The position numbers were made by a program, and so were the translations under genes. Shown in pieces: positions 40,973 through 51,321 of a stretch of DNA of 64,000 nucleotides (position 1 is its first letter; every line of letters begins with the position of its first letter). The notes under the pieces were generated by a model. It worked only from the letters and a program-made list of their open reading frames with translations. It made no database searches and was not told the DNA's origin. The DNA lies in contig CAWCBP010000011.1 in NCBI GenBank assembly GCA_963793865.1, forward strand, positions 117,652-181,651. The letters run 5' to 3'. Origin of the DNA: an uncultured delta proteobacterium (GTDB lineage Bacteria; Desulfobacterota; WTBG01).

Positions 40973-42429
40973 GCACACGACGCACGCTGCACAGAAGGGA
41001 TGGAAAACATGTCATGGCGGCAGCCGCGCTCCGGCTGGCGCTCCTGCTCTTCGCCGCGCTGAGCGCCTGCAAGCCGCCGCTCCTCCCATCTCCGGCGGAT
41101 ATGGTTTTTCAGCCGGTACGCTTTTCCTTCCCGCAGGCCGACCGGGTGCAGCTGTCCAACGGCATGGTGCTCTACCTCCGGGAGGACCACGAGCTTCCGC
41201 TGCTTAATCTGGTTGCCGTGATCCGGACCGGAGCCGTTTACGAGCCCGAGGAAAAGCTGGGACTGGCGTCATTAACCGGGACGGTGATGAGAACCGGGGG
41301 GACAAGCGCCCTCTCCGGAGATGAGATCAATGAGCAGCTGGAATTCATCGCCGCATCAATGGAGACCGGCATCAGCAGGGAGTCGGGCAGCGCTTCGCTC
41401 TCCGTTCTGAGCAAGGACCGGGAGATCGGCTTTCGCATCTTCGCCGATGTCCTGATGCACCCCGTCTTTGCACAGGATAAAGTGGACCTGGCAAAAAAGA
41501 AGGAGCTGGAGGCCATACGGCGCAGGAATGATAATCCGCAGGATATTGCCTTCCGCGAGTTTCGCAGAACGCTCTTCCGGGGCAATCCCCGGGGGCGCGT
41601 GCCGACGCTGAAAACGGTTTCCGCTGTTACACGCGAGGACATGATCGCCTTTCACCGGACCCATGTTCGGCCCAACACGATGATTCTGGGGGTGTCGGGG
41701 GACTTCAAGCGGGAGGAGATGATCGGGACCCTGGAGAGATTGTTTGCGGGATGGGAACCTGCGGAAGCGAACTTGCCTTCCATACCCATCCAGGAAGCGC
41801 CTGCAAAGACCCTTATTGAGTATGCCCGCAAGGACCTTCCCCAGTCTACCATTGTTATGGGCCATCCCGCCATCGGAAAACGGCATCCCGATTTTTTCGC
41901 CTTTGAGGTGCTCAACTTCATACTGGGTGACGGGGGCTTCAGGTCTCGCCTCATGTCGGAAGTGCGCTCCAGCCGGGGTCTGGCCTACAGCGTGGGAAGC
42001 ATTTATAATGCCGAGGCGGATCACGGCCTCTTTGCCACCTACTGCTTTACCAAGTCAGGATCCACCCTGGAATCCATCAGGCTCATGTCGGACATCGTGA
42101 GGAACCTGAAGGAAAAGGGCATATCGCCGGAGGAGCTTGACTGGGCCAGGAGCAGCATCATCAATAACTTCGTCTTTAAGTTCACCTCCCCGGCCCGGAT
42201 TGTCGGGGCGCAGGTTGGAATTGCCTACGACAAATTGCCTCAAGAGTTTTTGCAAACCTACCGAGACAGCATCATGGCCATCACTGTGGAGGACGTCAAC
42301 AGGGCGGCTGCAGAGCATTTGCAGCCCGATCGCATGGCGGTGATGGTGGTGGGGAACGGGGAAGGTTTTGACGGAAAGCTGAGCGAACTGGGAACGGTAC
42401 GAGAGATCAACCTGGATGAAACCTTCTAG
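40969..42429 (+). CDS. M16 peptidase non-catalytic subunit, lipoprotein
   Basis: LSAC lipobox, LSNGM, SRLMSEVRSSRGLAYSV; no HxxEH. Confidence 0.9.
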   Translation: MSTRRTLHRRDGKHVMAAAALRLALLLFAALSACKPPLLPSPADMVFQPVRFSFPQADRVQLSNGMVLYLREDHELPLLNLVAVIRTGAVYEPEEKLGLASLTGTVMRTGGTSALSGDEINEQLEFIAASMETGISRESGSASLSVLSKDREIGFRIFADVLMHPVFAQDKVDLAKKKELEAIRRRNDNPQDIAFREFRRTLFRGNPRGRVPTLKTVSAVTREDMIAFHRTHVRPNTMILGVSGDFKREEMIGTLERLFAGWEPAEANLPSIPIQEAPAKTLIEYARKDLPQSTIVMGHPAIGKRHPDFFAFEVLNFILGDGGFRSRLMSEVRSSRGLAYSVGSIYNAEADHGLFATYCFTKSGSTLESIRLMSDIVRNLKEKGISPEELDWARSSIINNFVFKFTSPARIVGAQVGIAYDKLPQEFLQTYRDSIMAITVEDVNRAAAEHLQPDRMAVMVVGNGEGFDGKLSELGTVREINLDETF

Positions 42430-42579
42430 CAGTCTGTTGAAAAACACCCATCTGCTGCGTTACGCTTATCCTTCGTCATTGCAGCGTACTTGCATGTACG
42501 CCTCATTCCTCAGGATTTCGCGTGCCTTGCATCTGGATGTTTTTGAACAGCCTGCGGCAAACTACTTTTTCAACAACCT
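42429..42579. mobile_element. MITE-like non-coding element with inverted termini
   Basis: GCAGTCTGTTGAAAAAC...GTTTTTGAACAGCCTGC plus an outer TTTTTCAACAACCT; partial copy at 19125. Confidence 0.6.
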
Positions 42580-42807
42580 TCCATGGGGCAGTTGAAAAGC
42601 ACCCCTCCCCCGCGGGAAACTGCCTGTGCAACAACCTTCCGGGCAGAGAGACCGCGAACCGCATGCAAATTGCACCCGCAATAATTTTGTGGTATGATAA
42701 TAGTGTATTCAGCCACGGGTTTAAACATCGCTTAGTATCGAGCTGCTTTCAGGCTCTTTTTTCTCGTGCGTAAGCACGTGACGTTGAAAGGTGGAAATAC
42801 CGGTTCC

Positions 42808-44538
42808 ATGAACACGAGACATCTGTTCTTCTGGTTATTGCTCATTCCCCTCATAAGCGCCTGCGCGGGAGCTAAAAAAAGCGTCATCACCGAAGCTGTG
42901 CCTGCTGCGCCGTCGCCGCACAAGATCGACCGGAAGGAGCAAACACCTCCCGCGCTCTACTACAATTTCCTCATGGCCCAGATGTGCCGCTCCCGGGGAG
43001 ATGCGGAGGGTGCCATTAAGCATTATAACCTGGCGCTCTCTTTTGATCCCGAGTCACCGGTCCTGCTGCTTGATACTGCCGGCCTCTATCTGCAGTCGGG
43101 CAAACTGGAGGAGGCGCTGCAGGCATGCTTAAAGATCGTGCAAAGGGATCCCGCGCATCTCCACGCCCATATTCTTCTGGCGGGCATATACTCGACACTG
43201 CAGAATAAGGAAGCGGCCATTGAGGAGTACGCCACAATCCTGCGCCAGGCTCCGGACTATGACGAGGTGTACGTTTACCTCAATAATCTGTATCTGGAGT
43301 CGGGAGATTATAAACGGGCAAAAGAGAACATGCGGGCGTATGCCCGCCTCCGGCCCGATTCCCCGATCCCCTATTATTACCTGGGCAGGATATATGCGCA
43401 GGAGGAAGATGAGCGCGGCGCGGAGAAGTACTACCGGAAGGCGCTGGAGCGGGAGCCCGGACACGAAGCGTCACTCATGGACCTGGCGGCCCTGTACGAG
43501 CAGCGCAAGGAATTCGACAAGGCCGCGGCCGCTTACCGGGACGTTCTTGCATATGATCCCCAGCATGCCGGCGCCCAGGGTCATCTCGCGCAGCTGTACC
43601 TGCAGGAAGGCAAACTGGATGAGGCCCTGGAGCAGTACCGGCAGCTGGATGAGGTGGTGATTGAGAACGACCAGGTGAGAGTGCGGATGGCGCTTATACT
43701 CATGGAGCAGAAGAAATACGACAGCGCCATTGAGATCCTGGGCTCCGTAGCCGGCCGTGACCCGGGCAACGACAAGGCCCGGTACTTCCTGGGCCTGGCC
43801 TATGAAGGCGGAAAGGATTGGGAGCGATGCATCGCCGAGCTCGGAACGATCGGGCCGGAATCGGAAATGTATACTGAAGCGCGCATGCACATGGCCTCTG
43901 TCTATGAGGAGCAGGGTGATCTGGAGAAGGCCATTGAAATCACCCGGGGGGCGCTGCAGGAAAAGGCTGATGACATGGCGCTCTACAGGCTTTTGGGAGC
44001 CCTGCTGGAACGGGCGAAACGCTACGAGGAGGGCATTGCCGTATTGCAGAAAGCACTGGAGATCGACCGGGAAAACGAGGATATCCACTTTCTGCTCGGG
44101 GTGCTGTATGAAAAGGCGGTCAAGATTGAGGACAGCATCAGCGCCATGGAGAAGGTGCTGCAGATAAATCCCGATAACGCGGATGCGCTGAACTACATAG
44201 GATATACCTACGCGGAGCAGGGCATTAATCTTGATCAGGCGGAGGAGCTGGTAAAGAAGGCCCTCAGGCTGAAGCCCCGTGACGGCTATATCATAGACAG
44301 CCTGGGGTGGGTGTATTTTAAGAAAGGCGACTATAAAAAGGCGGTCAGGCACCTGGAAGAGGCGGCGGAGTATGCCGCTGAAGACCCGCTGATCAAGGAG
44401 CATCTGGGCGATGCTTATCTGAAAGCGGACTTCAAGGACAAGGCCCTGGAAATGTATGAAAAAGCCCTGGCGCTGGAGCCGGGCAAGGAAGAGCTCAAAA
44501 AAAAGATCGACATGCTTCGGGGCAGCCGGTTTGACTGA
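42808..44538 (+). CDS. Tetratricopeptide-repeat lipoprotein
   Basis: LISAC lipobox, many TPRs, ALNYIGY...IIDSLGWVYFK, EHLGDAY. Confidence 0.9.
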   Translation: MNTRHLFFWLLLIPLISACAGAKKSVITEAVPAAPSPHKIDRKEQTPPALYYNFLMAQMCRSRGDAEGAIKHYNLALSFDPESPVLLLDTAGLYLQSGKLEEALQACLKIVQRDPAHLHAHILLAGIYSTLQNKEAAIEEYATILRQAPDYDEVYVYLNNLYLESGDYKRAKENMRAYARLRPDSPIPYYYLGRIYAQEEDERGAEKYYRKALEREPGHEASLMDLAALYEQRKEFDKAAAAYRDVLAYDPQHAGAQGHLAQLYLQEGKLDEALEQYRQLDEVVIENDQVRVRMALILMEQKKYDSAIEILGSVAGRDPGNDKARYFLGLAYEGGKDWERCIAELGTIGPESEMYTEARMHMASVYEEQGDLEKAIEITRGALQEKADDMALYRLLGALLERAKRYEEGIAVLQKALEIDRENEDIHFLLGVLYEKAVKIEDSISAMEKVLQINPDNADALNYIGYTYAEQGINLDQAEELVKKALRLKPRDGYIIDSLGWVYFKKGDYKKAVRHLEEAAEYAAEDPLIKEHLGDAYLKADFKDKALEMYEKALALEPGKEELKKKIDMLRGSRFD

Positions 44539-44608
44539 GCCTGCCGGTGTCTTTGCGGTCACCGGTGCTTTTCACATCAAACAACGGACCAATGGATTAT
44601 CCACCGGC

Positions 44609-45403
44609 GTGATATCCTGCAGACGTGCGGCACCTGTTTTGTATCTGCTGCTGCTTATCAGCGTTGCCTGCTGCTCCCATCTCAGGCCGGCACCTTCCCC
44701 CTATGCCGGTCAGTGCCCCCCGGAGGATGAGTTGCTTGCTGCCGTGCGCGTCCCGGCTCCCCCGGTTTTAAAGGCCATAGCCAAAATCAAAGTTGAGTCA
44801 CCGGACGGGAACTTTTCGGTTAAGGAGCTCATCGTCGCGCAAAAACCGAACCGTCTGAGGCTGGAAACGCTGAGCCCCCTGGGGCAGCCCGGATTCTATG
44901 CAGCGACCGACGGGCAGGAGCTTTTCCTCTTTGACCCTTCCGAGAACACCTACTACCACGGAAGTTCCACACCACGTAACCTGGCCTTAATCATTCCCCT
45001 GCATCTGGCGTTGGAGGAAATGGTTCCCGTCATCCTGGGATGCGTTCCCGTCATCCATCACCATGCTGATGCTACACGCTGCACGGCAAACGAGAATGGT
45101 TACGTGATGCGCCTGGAGGGGAGGGATGATGGCACCGCCCAGGTGCTCACCCTGTCAAGGAATGAACTGAGGGTGGCGGCAAGCGAAACCTATGTCAATG
45201 ATGGATTGACATGGTCGGTCAATTACGCCGACTATGAAATCACCGGCAGCATGGCCTTTCCCCGGACGGTTACCGTCTTCCTCCCTCCCGAGAAGACCAC
45301 GGTCAGGATAAGCTATAAGAAAGTGGAATTTCTCCCGGAGATCGATCCCTCACTCTTCAGACTGAGCGCTCCCCGGGGCGCAAAGATCGTGCCCCTTGAG
45401 TGA
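44609..45403 (+). CDS. LolB-like/DUF4292 lipoprotein (start uncertain)
   Basis: Lipobox-like ISVAC, PNRLRLETLSPLGQ, FPR, IDPSLFRLSAPRGA. Confidence 0.65.
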   Translation: MISCRRAAPVLYLLLLISVACCSHLRPAPSPYAGQCPPEDELLAAVRVPAPPVLKAIAKIKVESPDGNFSVKELIVAQKPNRLRLETLSPLGQPGFYAATDGQELFLFDPSENTYYHGSSTPRNLALIIPLHLALEEMVPVILGCVPVIHHHADATRCTANENGYVMRLEGRDDGTAQVLTLSRNELRVAASETYVNDGLTWSVNYADYEITGSMAFPRTVTVFLPPEKTTVRISYKKVEFLPEIDPSLFRLSAPRGAKIVPLE

Positions 45404-45433
45404 ATCTTAATCAGCTGCCGGTTGTGCTCAGGG

Positions 45434-46177
45434 TCAGGCGTCTTTCTTGATAAACGCTTTGAAGAGATCAATCGGTATGGGAAAAATTATAGTAGAATTT
45501 TTCTCGCTCGAAATTTCAGAGAGCGTTTGTAAATAGCGCAATTGCAGGGCAGTTGGTTCTTTGGAGATGATGACTGCTGCCTCTGCAAGCTTGGCAGACG
45601 CCTGGAATTCCCCGTCGGCATGAATCACCTTTGCCCTTCGCTCCCTCTCCGCCTCCGCCTGTTTGGCCATTGCCCGCTGCATCTCCGGCGGCAAATCAAT
45701 GTGCTTTACTTCTACCTTGGCAACCTTGATGCCCCAGGGATCGGTATCTTTATCCAGTATCTCCTGCAGGCGGATACTTATCTTGTCACGTTCAGCCAGC
45801 AGTTCGTCAAGCTCGGCCTGCCCGCAAATACTCCGCAAGGTGGTCTGTGCGAGCTGCGAGGTGGCGTAAGCGTAATTGGCAACTTCCACCACCGACTTGT
45901 TGGGATCCATGACCCGGTAATACACCACCGCATTGACTTTGATGGAGACGTTATCACGGGTGATGACGTCCTGGGGGGGCACATCGAGGGTTTCAAGCCG
46001 GAGGCTGATGCGCACCACCTTATCAACGAAGGGGATGATGAAGATGATGCCGGGCCCCTTGGAGGCGATTAACCTGCCCAGACGGAAGACTACCGCCCGC
46101 TCGTATTCATTGAGTATCTTGACGACCTGGGTTAAGATGAAAAAAATGATGAACGCTGCAACCAGAATTGGTGTCAT
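45434..46177 (-). CDS. SPFH/slipin (stomatin-like) protein
   Basis: [38 protein letters not shown]. Confidence 0.95.
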   Translation of the reverse strand: MTPILVAAFIIFFILTQVVKILNEYERAVVFRLGRLIASKGPGIIFIIPFVDKVVRISLRLETLDVPPQDVITRDNVSIKVNAVVYYRVMDPNKSVVEVANYAYATSQLAQTTLRSICGQAELDELLAERDKISIRLQEILDKDTDPWGIKVAKVEVKHIDLPPEMQRAMAKQAEAERERRAKVIHADGEFQASAKLAEAAVIISKEPTALQLRYLQTLSEISSEKNSTIIFPIPIDLFKAFIKKDA

Positions 46178-46216
46178 ACCTCCTCCTCTCTCAAACTGCT
46201 TGCTGTGTCACGTTGG

Positions 46217-47539
46217 CTAGGCCTTCCTCACTTTGAGCTTACTGTCTTTGACTTCCACTACTTTTACCGGTGTGCCTTCGGGAATGGCTTCATCGCTTGA
46301 GGCATCCCAATACTCTCCGTGAACATACACTTTGCCTTCAGGATCGATAGCTGATTTGGAAATGCCAATTTCTCCCGTTAATCCCTCCCGGCCGGTGGTG
46401 GGCTTTCTGCTGTAAGCCCTTATGGCCAGGTAGACGATTAGAACACAGCAGACAGAGGTAATGAGCACAACCGGGATAAGCACATCATAGGATACCCGCG
46501 CGAAGGGTGCTGCCCGGGAATCAAACAGCATCAGCGACCCCAGGGTCAGGGAAATAACCCCGCCCACGGTCAGCATGCCGAAGCTGGTCACCTTGATTTC
46601 AAGGATGAAGAGGATGAGGGCAAGAATGATGAGCAGTATGCCGGCATAATTCACCGGCAATGTCTGAAATGCAAAGAAAGCCAGTATTAAGCTGATTCCC
46701 CCGATGATACCGGGGAAGAAGGCCCCGGGATTGGAGAGCTCGAAGTAGAGCCCCAGAAGGCCGACCATCATGAGAATATAGGCAATGTTGGGATTGCTGA
46801 GCGTGTCCAGAACTTTTTCACGCAGTCCCATCTCGATTTCATTGACCTCGATGTTTTCCGTTTCGAGGATGGTAACGCCCGCTGCCGTGGTTATCTTTCT
46901 TCCGTCCAGCTGGCGCAGCAGATCGTCCAGATCCGAAGCGATGAGATCGATTACCTTGAGCTTGAGGGCCTCGTTCTCGGTTATGGAGACGCTTTCGCGT
47001 ACCGCCTTGACGGCCCATTCCTTGTTCCGGTTCCGCTTGGCGGCAATGCTCTCGGCATAGGCGGCCGCGTCATTTTCAACCTTGGAGGCCATTTCATCTT
47101 CCATCTTGCCTCCCCCGAGGGCGACCGGGTGGGCCGCGCCGATGTTGGTCCCCGGCGCCATTGCGGCAATGTCGGCGGCCATGGTAATAAGCGCCCCCGC
47201 CGATGCCGCCCGCGCCCCGGCGGGACCGACGTAAACGATAACCGGGATGCCGGCGCTCATCATCTCCTTGATGATGGAGCGCATGGACAGGTCCAATCCC
47301 CCGGGGGTGTCCATCCGGATGATAAGGCACTGTGCCCCTTCGGCAGTTGAGCGTTTGATGGTTCCGGCGATGAATTCCGCCACAGCGGGATTGATAATAC
47401 CGTCGATGGTAACCACGTCGGCACGTTTTGCGTCCGCCTGTCCCAATCCTGCAATAAGCAAAGCGCAAAAAAAGGCGGCGTTGATGAAGGCTCTTCTCAT
47501 GGCGGGTAAAAAAAGATGAGGTGGAAGTTTGTGATGCAT
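46217..47539 (-). CDS. nfeD: NfeD-family membrane-bound serine protease
   Basis: DTPGG, ARAASAG, PGTNIGAAHPV, TM bundle, C-terminal OB fold (GKVYVHGEYW); typical slipin partner. Confidence 0.93.
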   Translation of the reverse strand: MHHKLPPHLFLPAMRRAFINAAFFCALLIAGLGQADAKRADVVTIDGIINPAVAEFIAGTIKRSTAEGAQCLIIRMDTPGGLDLSMRSIIKEMMSAGIPVIVYVGPAGARAASAGALITMAADIAAMAPGTNIGAAHPVALGGGKMEDEMASKVENDAAAYAESIAAKRNRNKEWAVKAVRESVSITENEALKLKVIDLIASDLDDLLRQLDGRKITTAAGVTILETENIEVNEIEMGLREKVLDTLSNPNIAYILMMVGLLGLYFELSNPGAFFPGIIGGISLILAFFAFQTLPVNYAGILLIILALILFILEIKVTSFGMLTVGGVISLTLGSLMLFDSRAAPFARVSYDVLIPVVLITSVCCVLIVYLAIRAYSRKPTTGREGLTGEIGISKSAIDPEGKVYVHGEYWDASSDEAIPEGTPVKVVEVKDSKLKVRKA

Positions 47540-47676
47540 CAGGCTATACGGTATCCTACCGGGAGAAGTTTTTCAACTAAAAAATGGCGAGACATTTTGC
47601 TTGACTTATCAACCTGTGTGCGTTACAACCCCCCTAGATTTGCAGGGACTTTGCGCCGCAACAACCGTTTTGGAGT

Positions 47677-47752
<76 letters not shown>

Positions 47753-47993
47753 TACTAATCAAGGGGTTAGAGCCGCCGGAGAGGCGCTTTAACCTCTTTT
47801 ATTATGCTCAGGATACCGGTGTTGTGCCCGGTCATGAAAGGAGAAGCAACACGGTTGCTGCCGTACCCATAACATCATTTTCTCATCCCCGTTCCGCGAA
47901 TTTTGGCAAACTCCCGCCGTCTTGACACCTCCCGATAATTGTGATATTTCGTCATCCTGTAAGCAGATCTCAAAGGACGGAATTAATAAGGTC

Positions 47994-48659
47994 ATGGTCA
48001 TAAATATCCCCTCTGACGGAAAACGGTACGATTCTTTTTACTGCAGGAGCCTCGTGCATGCTGTGAACGTTTTTGCCCTGCTGCTGGGAGTCATTGTGCT
48101 GCTTTCTGCCGCTGAGCAGGTCAGCGCTGAAGAGAGTGACAGGGAAGTGCTCAAGGGGCTTCAGGGCATCGGCATTAAGATTGACAGGCTCTCCCGCAAA
48201 GCGAGAGCACTGGGCATTACCTATGAGAGTGTAACCATAAATATTGTATCAAAACTGCGGCAGGCCGGGATCAAAGTTGTGAGCAGCGATGTTTTGCAGA
48301 AGGACCCGTCCCTGTCCTTTTTGAAAATCAGTTTGATGCTTGATTACAATGAACCCAGGTATAAATATACCGTCGTGGTTGGCCTCAATGAGAGGGTTTA
48401 TTTTGAAAAGGATCCGCAAATAATTTCTTATGCAATGCCATGGTGGAGAATAGTAAAAGGAGAGGATGTCGGAGATGGCGATGTTGCCAAACATGTGCTG
48501 GAAACGCTGCAGTATATAATTAATGAGTTTATTGCCAACTATAACGAGGTCAATCCTAAGGAAAATAGGCCGGAAATGAAAATGGACGAGCAGCAAGATG
48601 GTACCCGACTTGACGATAGACAAGATTTGATGAAAAATAATCTACAAGAAATAAAATAA
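47994..48659 (+). CDS. Hypothetical exported/membrane-anchored protein
   Basis: AT-richer ORF with a hydrophobic segment (VFALLLGVIVLLSAA); start uncertain. Confidence 0.55.
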   Translation: MVINIPSDGKRYDSFYCRSLVHAVNVFALLLGVIVLLSAAEQVSAEESDREVLKGLQGIGIKIDRLSRKARALGITYESVTINIVSKLRQAGIKVVSSDVLQKDPSLSFLKISLMLDYNEPRYKYTVVVGLNERVYFEKDPQIISYAMPWWRIVKGEDVGDGDVAKHVLETLQYIINEFIANYNEVNPKENRPEMKMDEQQDGTRLDDRQDLMKNNLQEIK

Positions 48660-48810
48660 AAATAATTCACTTTTCATTAAAAATAGTGTATTATTGATAC
48701 AATAAAATATTCAATTATATGTGAAATGCTTTAGCGATGGTTGAAAAAAGCCTTAACATCAAAACCGGTAGTGGAATCCGCGAAGTTATTCTGAAAGAAG
48801 GAGGCTGGTA

Positions 48811-49758
48811 ATGTCTGTGTATATCCCGAAAAAGCTTTTCTCAGTACTGGCGGTGACCGTGTTTTGCTTGATCCTGTCTCAGCCCTCCTGGGGTCAGTGA
48901 GGGACGTGCACAACAACGACATCGGTCGGATGTTACAGCGATGTTACCCCGGAAGCCGCAAAGGCCATGATTGACTCCAATCCCGGGCTGATTGTGGTGG
49001 ATGTAAGGGAGTTAACCGAGTACTGCAGCGAGACGGCAACTCCGCCCGGTCACATACCAGGTGCTCGCAATTATCCCTGGAACTCGGAAGTGTTGCAGGA
49101 TCGCTATGAAGAACTTCCCATCAATGGTGATATCCTGGTTTACTGCGGGATGAGCATCCGCAGTCCCCAGGCTGCAGCTTTTCTCTGCACCCATGGCTTT
49201 ACCTCTGTCTATAATATGAACCCCGGCTTGACTTCCTGGCCGTATGAGACGGTCGGCTGTGTTGACACAGACGGTGACGGCATCAATGATGACCTGGATC
49301 ATTGCACGGATACTGACAATGATGGCTTTGGTGACCCGGGATTTGCCCTGAACACCTGCTATCTGGACAATTGTCCTGATACGCCCAACTCAAATCAAGC
49401 TGATGCTGATGGCGACTGTATCGGGGACGTGTGTGATCCCGAACCGGCTGTGTATGATCCCTTAACCGTTGACTCCTATCCTCCGGGCGGCAATAACTGC
49501 GGGGATCTCTGTGAGTGCGAGGGCAACTTCGATGGTGACAATGATGTGGATGGGACTGACGCCTCCGCCTTCAAGGCTGATTTCGGCCGGAACACAATTA
49601 TAGACCCCTGCACTAATGAGTCACCCTGCAATGGTGACTTTGAGTGCGATAAGGATGTGGATGGGAATAATGCGTCACGATTCAAGGGGGATTTCGGAAG
49701 AAACGCATACCAGAAGCCCTGCCCGGATTGCTTAACCGACCCCTGTGTCTATCCATAA
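48811..49758 (+). CDS. Exported rhodanese + TSP3 + dockerin-like protein; probable selenoprotein (in-frame TGA 48898-48900)
   Basis: AAGGAGG RBS, ATG 48811, signal peptide ending SWG, Q-TGA-G-T-C, then in frame into ORF 48967; DVRE..EY, GHIPGA, VYCGMSIRS. Confidence 0.75.
48901..48950 (+). promoter_or_regulatory. SECIS-like hairpin directly 3' of the UGA
   Basis: Upper stem GACATC/GATGTT closes a GGTCG loop 23 nt after the UGA; lower pairing GGG/CCC, ACGT/ATGT, GC/GC. Confidence 0.6.
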
Positions 49759-49774
49759 TGGATGCTGTGGTGAT

Positions 49775-49812
49775 GAAAAAGCCTCTCAGACAAATCCTGA
49801 GAGGCTTTTTTC
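49775..49812. terminator. Bidirectional terminator
   Basis: GAAAAAGCCTCTCAG...CTGAGAGGCTTTTTTC between convergent genes. Confidence 0.85.
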
Positions 49813-49839
49813 TGCCTTGTTTCTTCCCGATGGTCATCT

Positions 49840-50736
49840 TTAATCGGCTTCGCGCACAATCGTGCCGAAAGATCCGATTAAGGTAAGGCCAAGGTTGATT
49901 TTTACATTCTGGGTGTTGTAATCATTGGTGGTGTAGCGCTGTAAAAACGGAAACCAGTAGTCACGTTTCCACCCGTCCCTAGGCACGACCACTACCGGAA
50001 GCGAAAAGGGGAGAAGCACCACCTGTTCCCCGGCGTCGGATGGCACCGTGATGATTTCTATCATACCGGCGGTGGCTATCTGCACATTGTGCTCTTCCGC
50101 CACATAAAGGCCGTCAAAGTTGAGGTCGGCTGTGCCGCCCGAGCCGGTAAGGCTGAAAAAGCTGAAGTCCGTGTTGCCGATATTGGAAACGGCAAGATTC
50201 ATGGCCCGGCCGTTTATGATGAACTGCTCAACGGGCCTGGTCGTCGGGGCGTCAAAGTCAAGCTCAAACGTTCCCTTGATAAGCTTCAGATTGCACCGGG
50301 TGAGAGGCAGCCCCCCAAGGTTCAGGTCAGCGGCGGTGTTGCTGCACACGATGCTGAGAGCGGTTGCCACATCGTAGTTTCCGATGCTTATATCCCACTC
50401 CTCAAGGTTGGTATTTGTATACGGCAGGACTCTCACGCCCGATCTGAACTCGGCAATGAACGTGCTGCCCGAGCTTTCGGTGAAGAGCTTGGGTTCTTTT
50501 AATTCCCTCCGGCCGGTATTGTAGGTAATGGCGGCCCGCACAATGATATCGTCGTCATTTATTCTGCGGATGACCATCCGGGTTCCGGATAGCGCAAAGG
50601 AGAGCGAAAACCCGGTTTTCCCGAGGATGTTGTTTTTGGTAATTTCAAGCGTCTGGGTCGCGCCGATCGCGGTCGTCGCCAGGGGAAAACTGAAAATAGA
50701 CAGTACCATGGTGCAGATAAGAACAGCTTTTCTCAT
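49840..50736 (-). CDS. Exported beta-rich protein (toast-rack/DUF2154-like)
   Basis: Signal peptide; repeated ADLNLGG / ELDFD / ADLNFDG beta segments; AAGGAG RBS. Confidence 0.55.
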   Translation of the reverse strand: MRKAVLICTMVLSIFSFPLATTAIGATQTLEITKNNILGKTGFSLSFALSGTRMVIRRINDDDIIVRAAITYNTGRRELKEPKLFTESSGSTFIAEFRSGVRVLPYTNTNLEEWDISIGNYDVATALSIVCSNTAADLNLGGLPLTRCNLKLIKGTFELDFDAPTTRPVEQFIINGRAMNLAVSNIGNTDFSFFSLTGSGGTADLNFDGLYVAEEHNVQIATAGMIEIITVPSDAGEQVVLLPFSLPVVVVPRDGWKRDYWFPFLQRYTTNDYNTQNVKINLGLTLIGSFGTIVREAD

Positions 50737-50797
50737 GAACATCTCCTTTGCGGTCAACCGGTGGCTGATGCCCGAAGCATGTGCCGGTTCCCTCTCG

Positions 50798-51127
50798 TCA
50801 GCAGAAATAAGAGAAGAACAGCGCATTAATAATGGCAGAACGGCAATCGTAGCTGGTATAATAAATAATGCAGTCAATGAAATCAATAATGGCGCTGAGA
50901 GCGATATAGTAGCACACATAGGACTGTAAATTAGCCTCGGGGGTTATCTCATCAGCCGGGAATCCCGCGGGGTTCAGCAGGTGTGCCATAAATGAGCGCA
51001 GCTCGTCCACAGGTATGGTTTCTTGGCTGAGCATGTCCGGCAGTGATGCAATATCCGGCTGATCTGCATGAGCCAGAACAGGTATGAGTAAGCAGACGAC
51101 GCACAGCACGGTCGCATATTTTTTCAC
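50798..51127 (-). CDS. Small exported protein with a C-X13-C-X8-C-X13-C hydrophobic tail
   Basis: GTG start after GGGAGG, signal peptide ending AHA, acidic linker, Tyr/Cys-rich C-terminus. Confidence 0.65.
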   Translation of the reverse strand: MKKYATVLCVVCLLIPVLAHADQPDIASLPDMLSQETIPVDELRSFMAHLLNPAGFPADEITPEANLQSYVCYYIALSAIIDFIDCIIYYTSYDCRSAIINALFFSYFC

Positions 51128-51312
51128 GGGCTTGACCCTCCCTCGCTGTCTTGGAATAAACGCGGAACCTCATAAACAATCTTCTCACATGATATATGCC
51201 GCATGGATGAATAGCAAGTAAATTTAAGATTGTGCCCTATTTTTTGATCGGTCAGGCGTGAAAAAAATTTTTCGTCGGGGAAATTGTGTTATAGTACCTG
51301 TAAGCATGGTTG

Positions 51313-51321
51313 TGGTATAAT
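51313..51321 (+). promoter_or_regulatory. Extended -10 promoter upstream of the LysM gene leader
   Basis: TGGTATAAT. Confidence 0.55.

Noticed and set aside
50798..50803. Sec readthrough at the Cys-TGA end of the small secreted protein
   Set aside because: Readthrough would run out of frame into the next gene, and I found no convincing SECIS.
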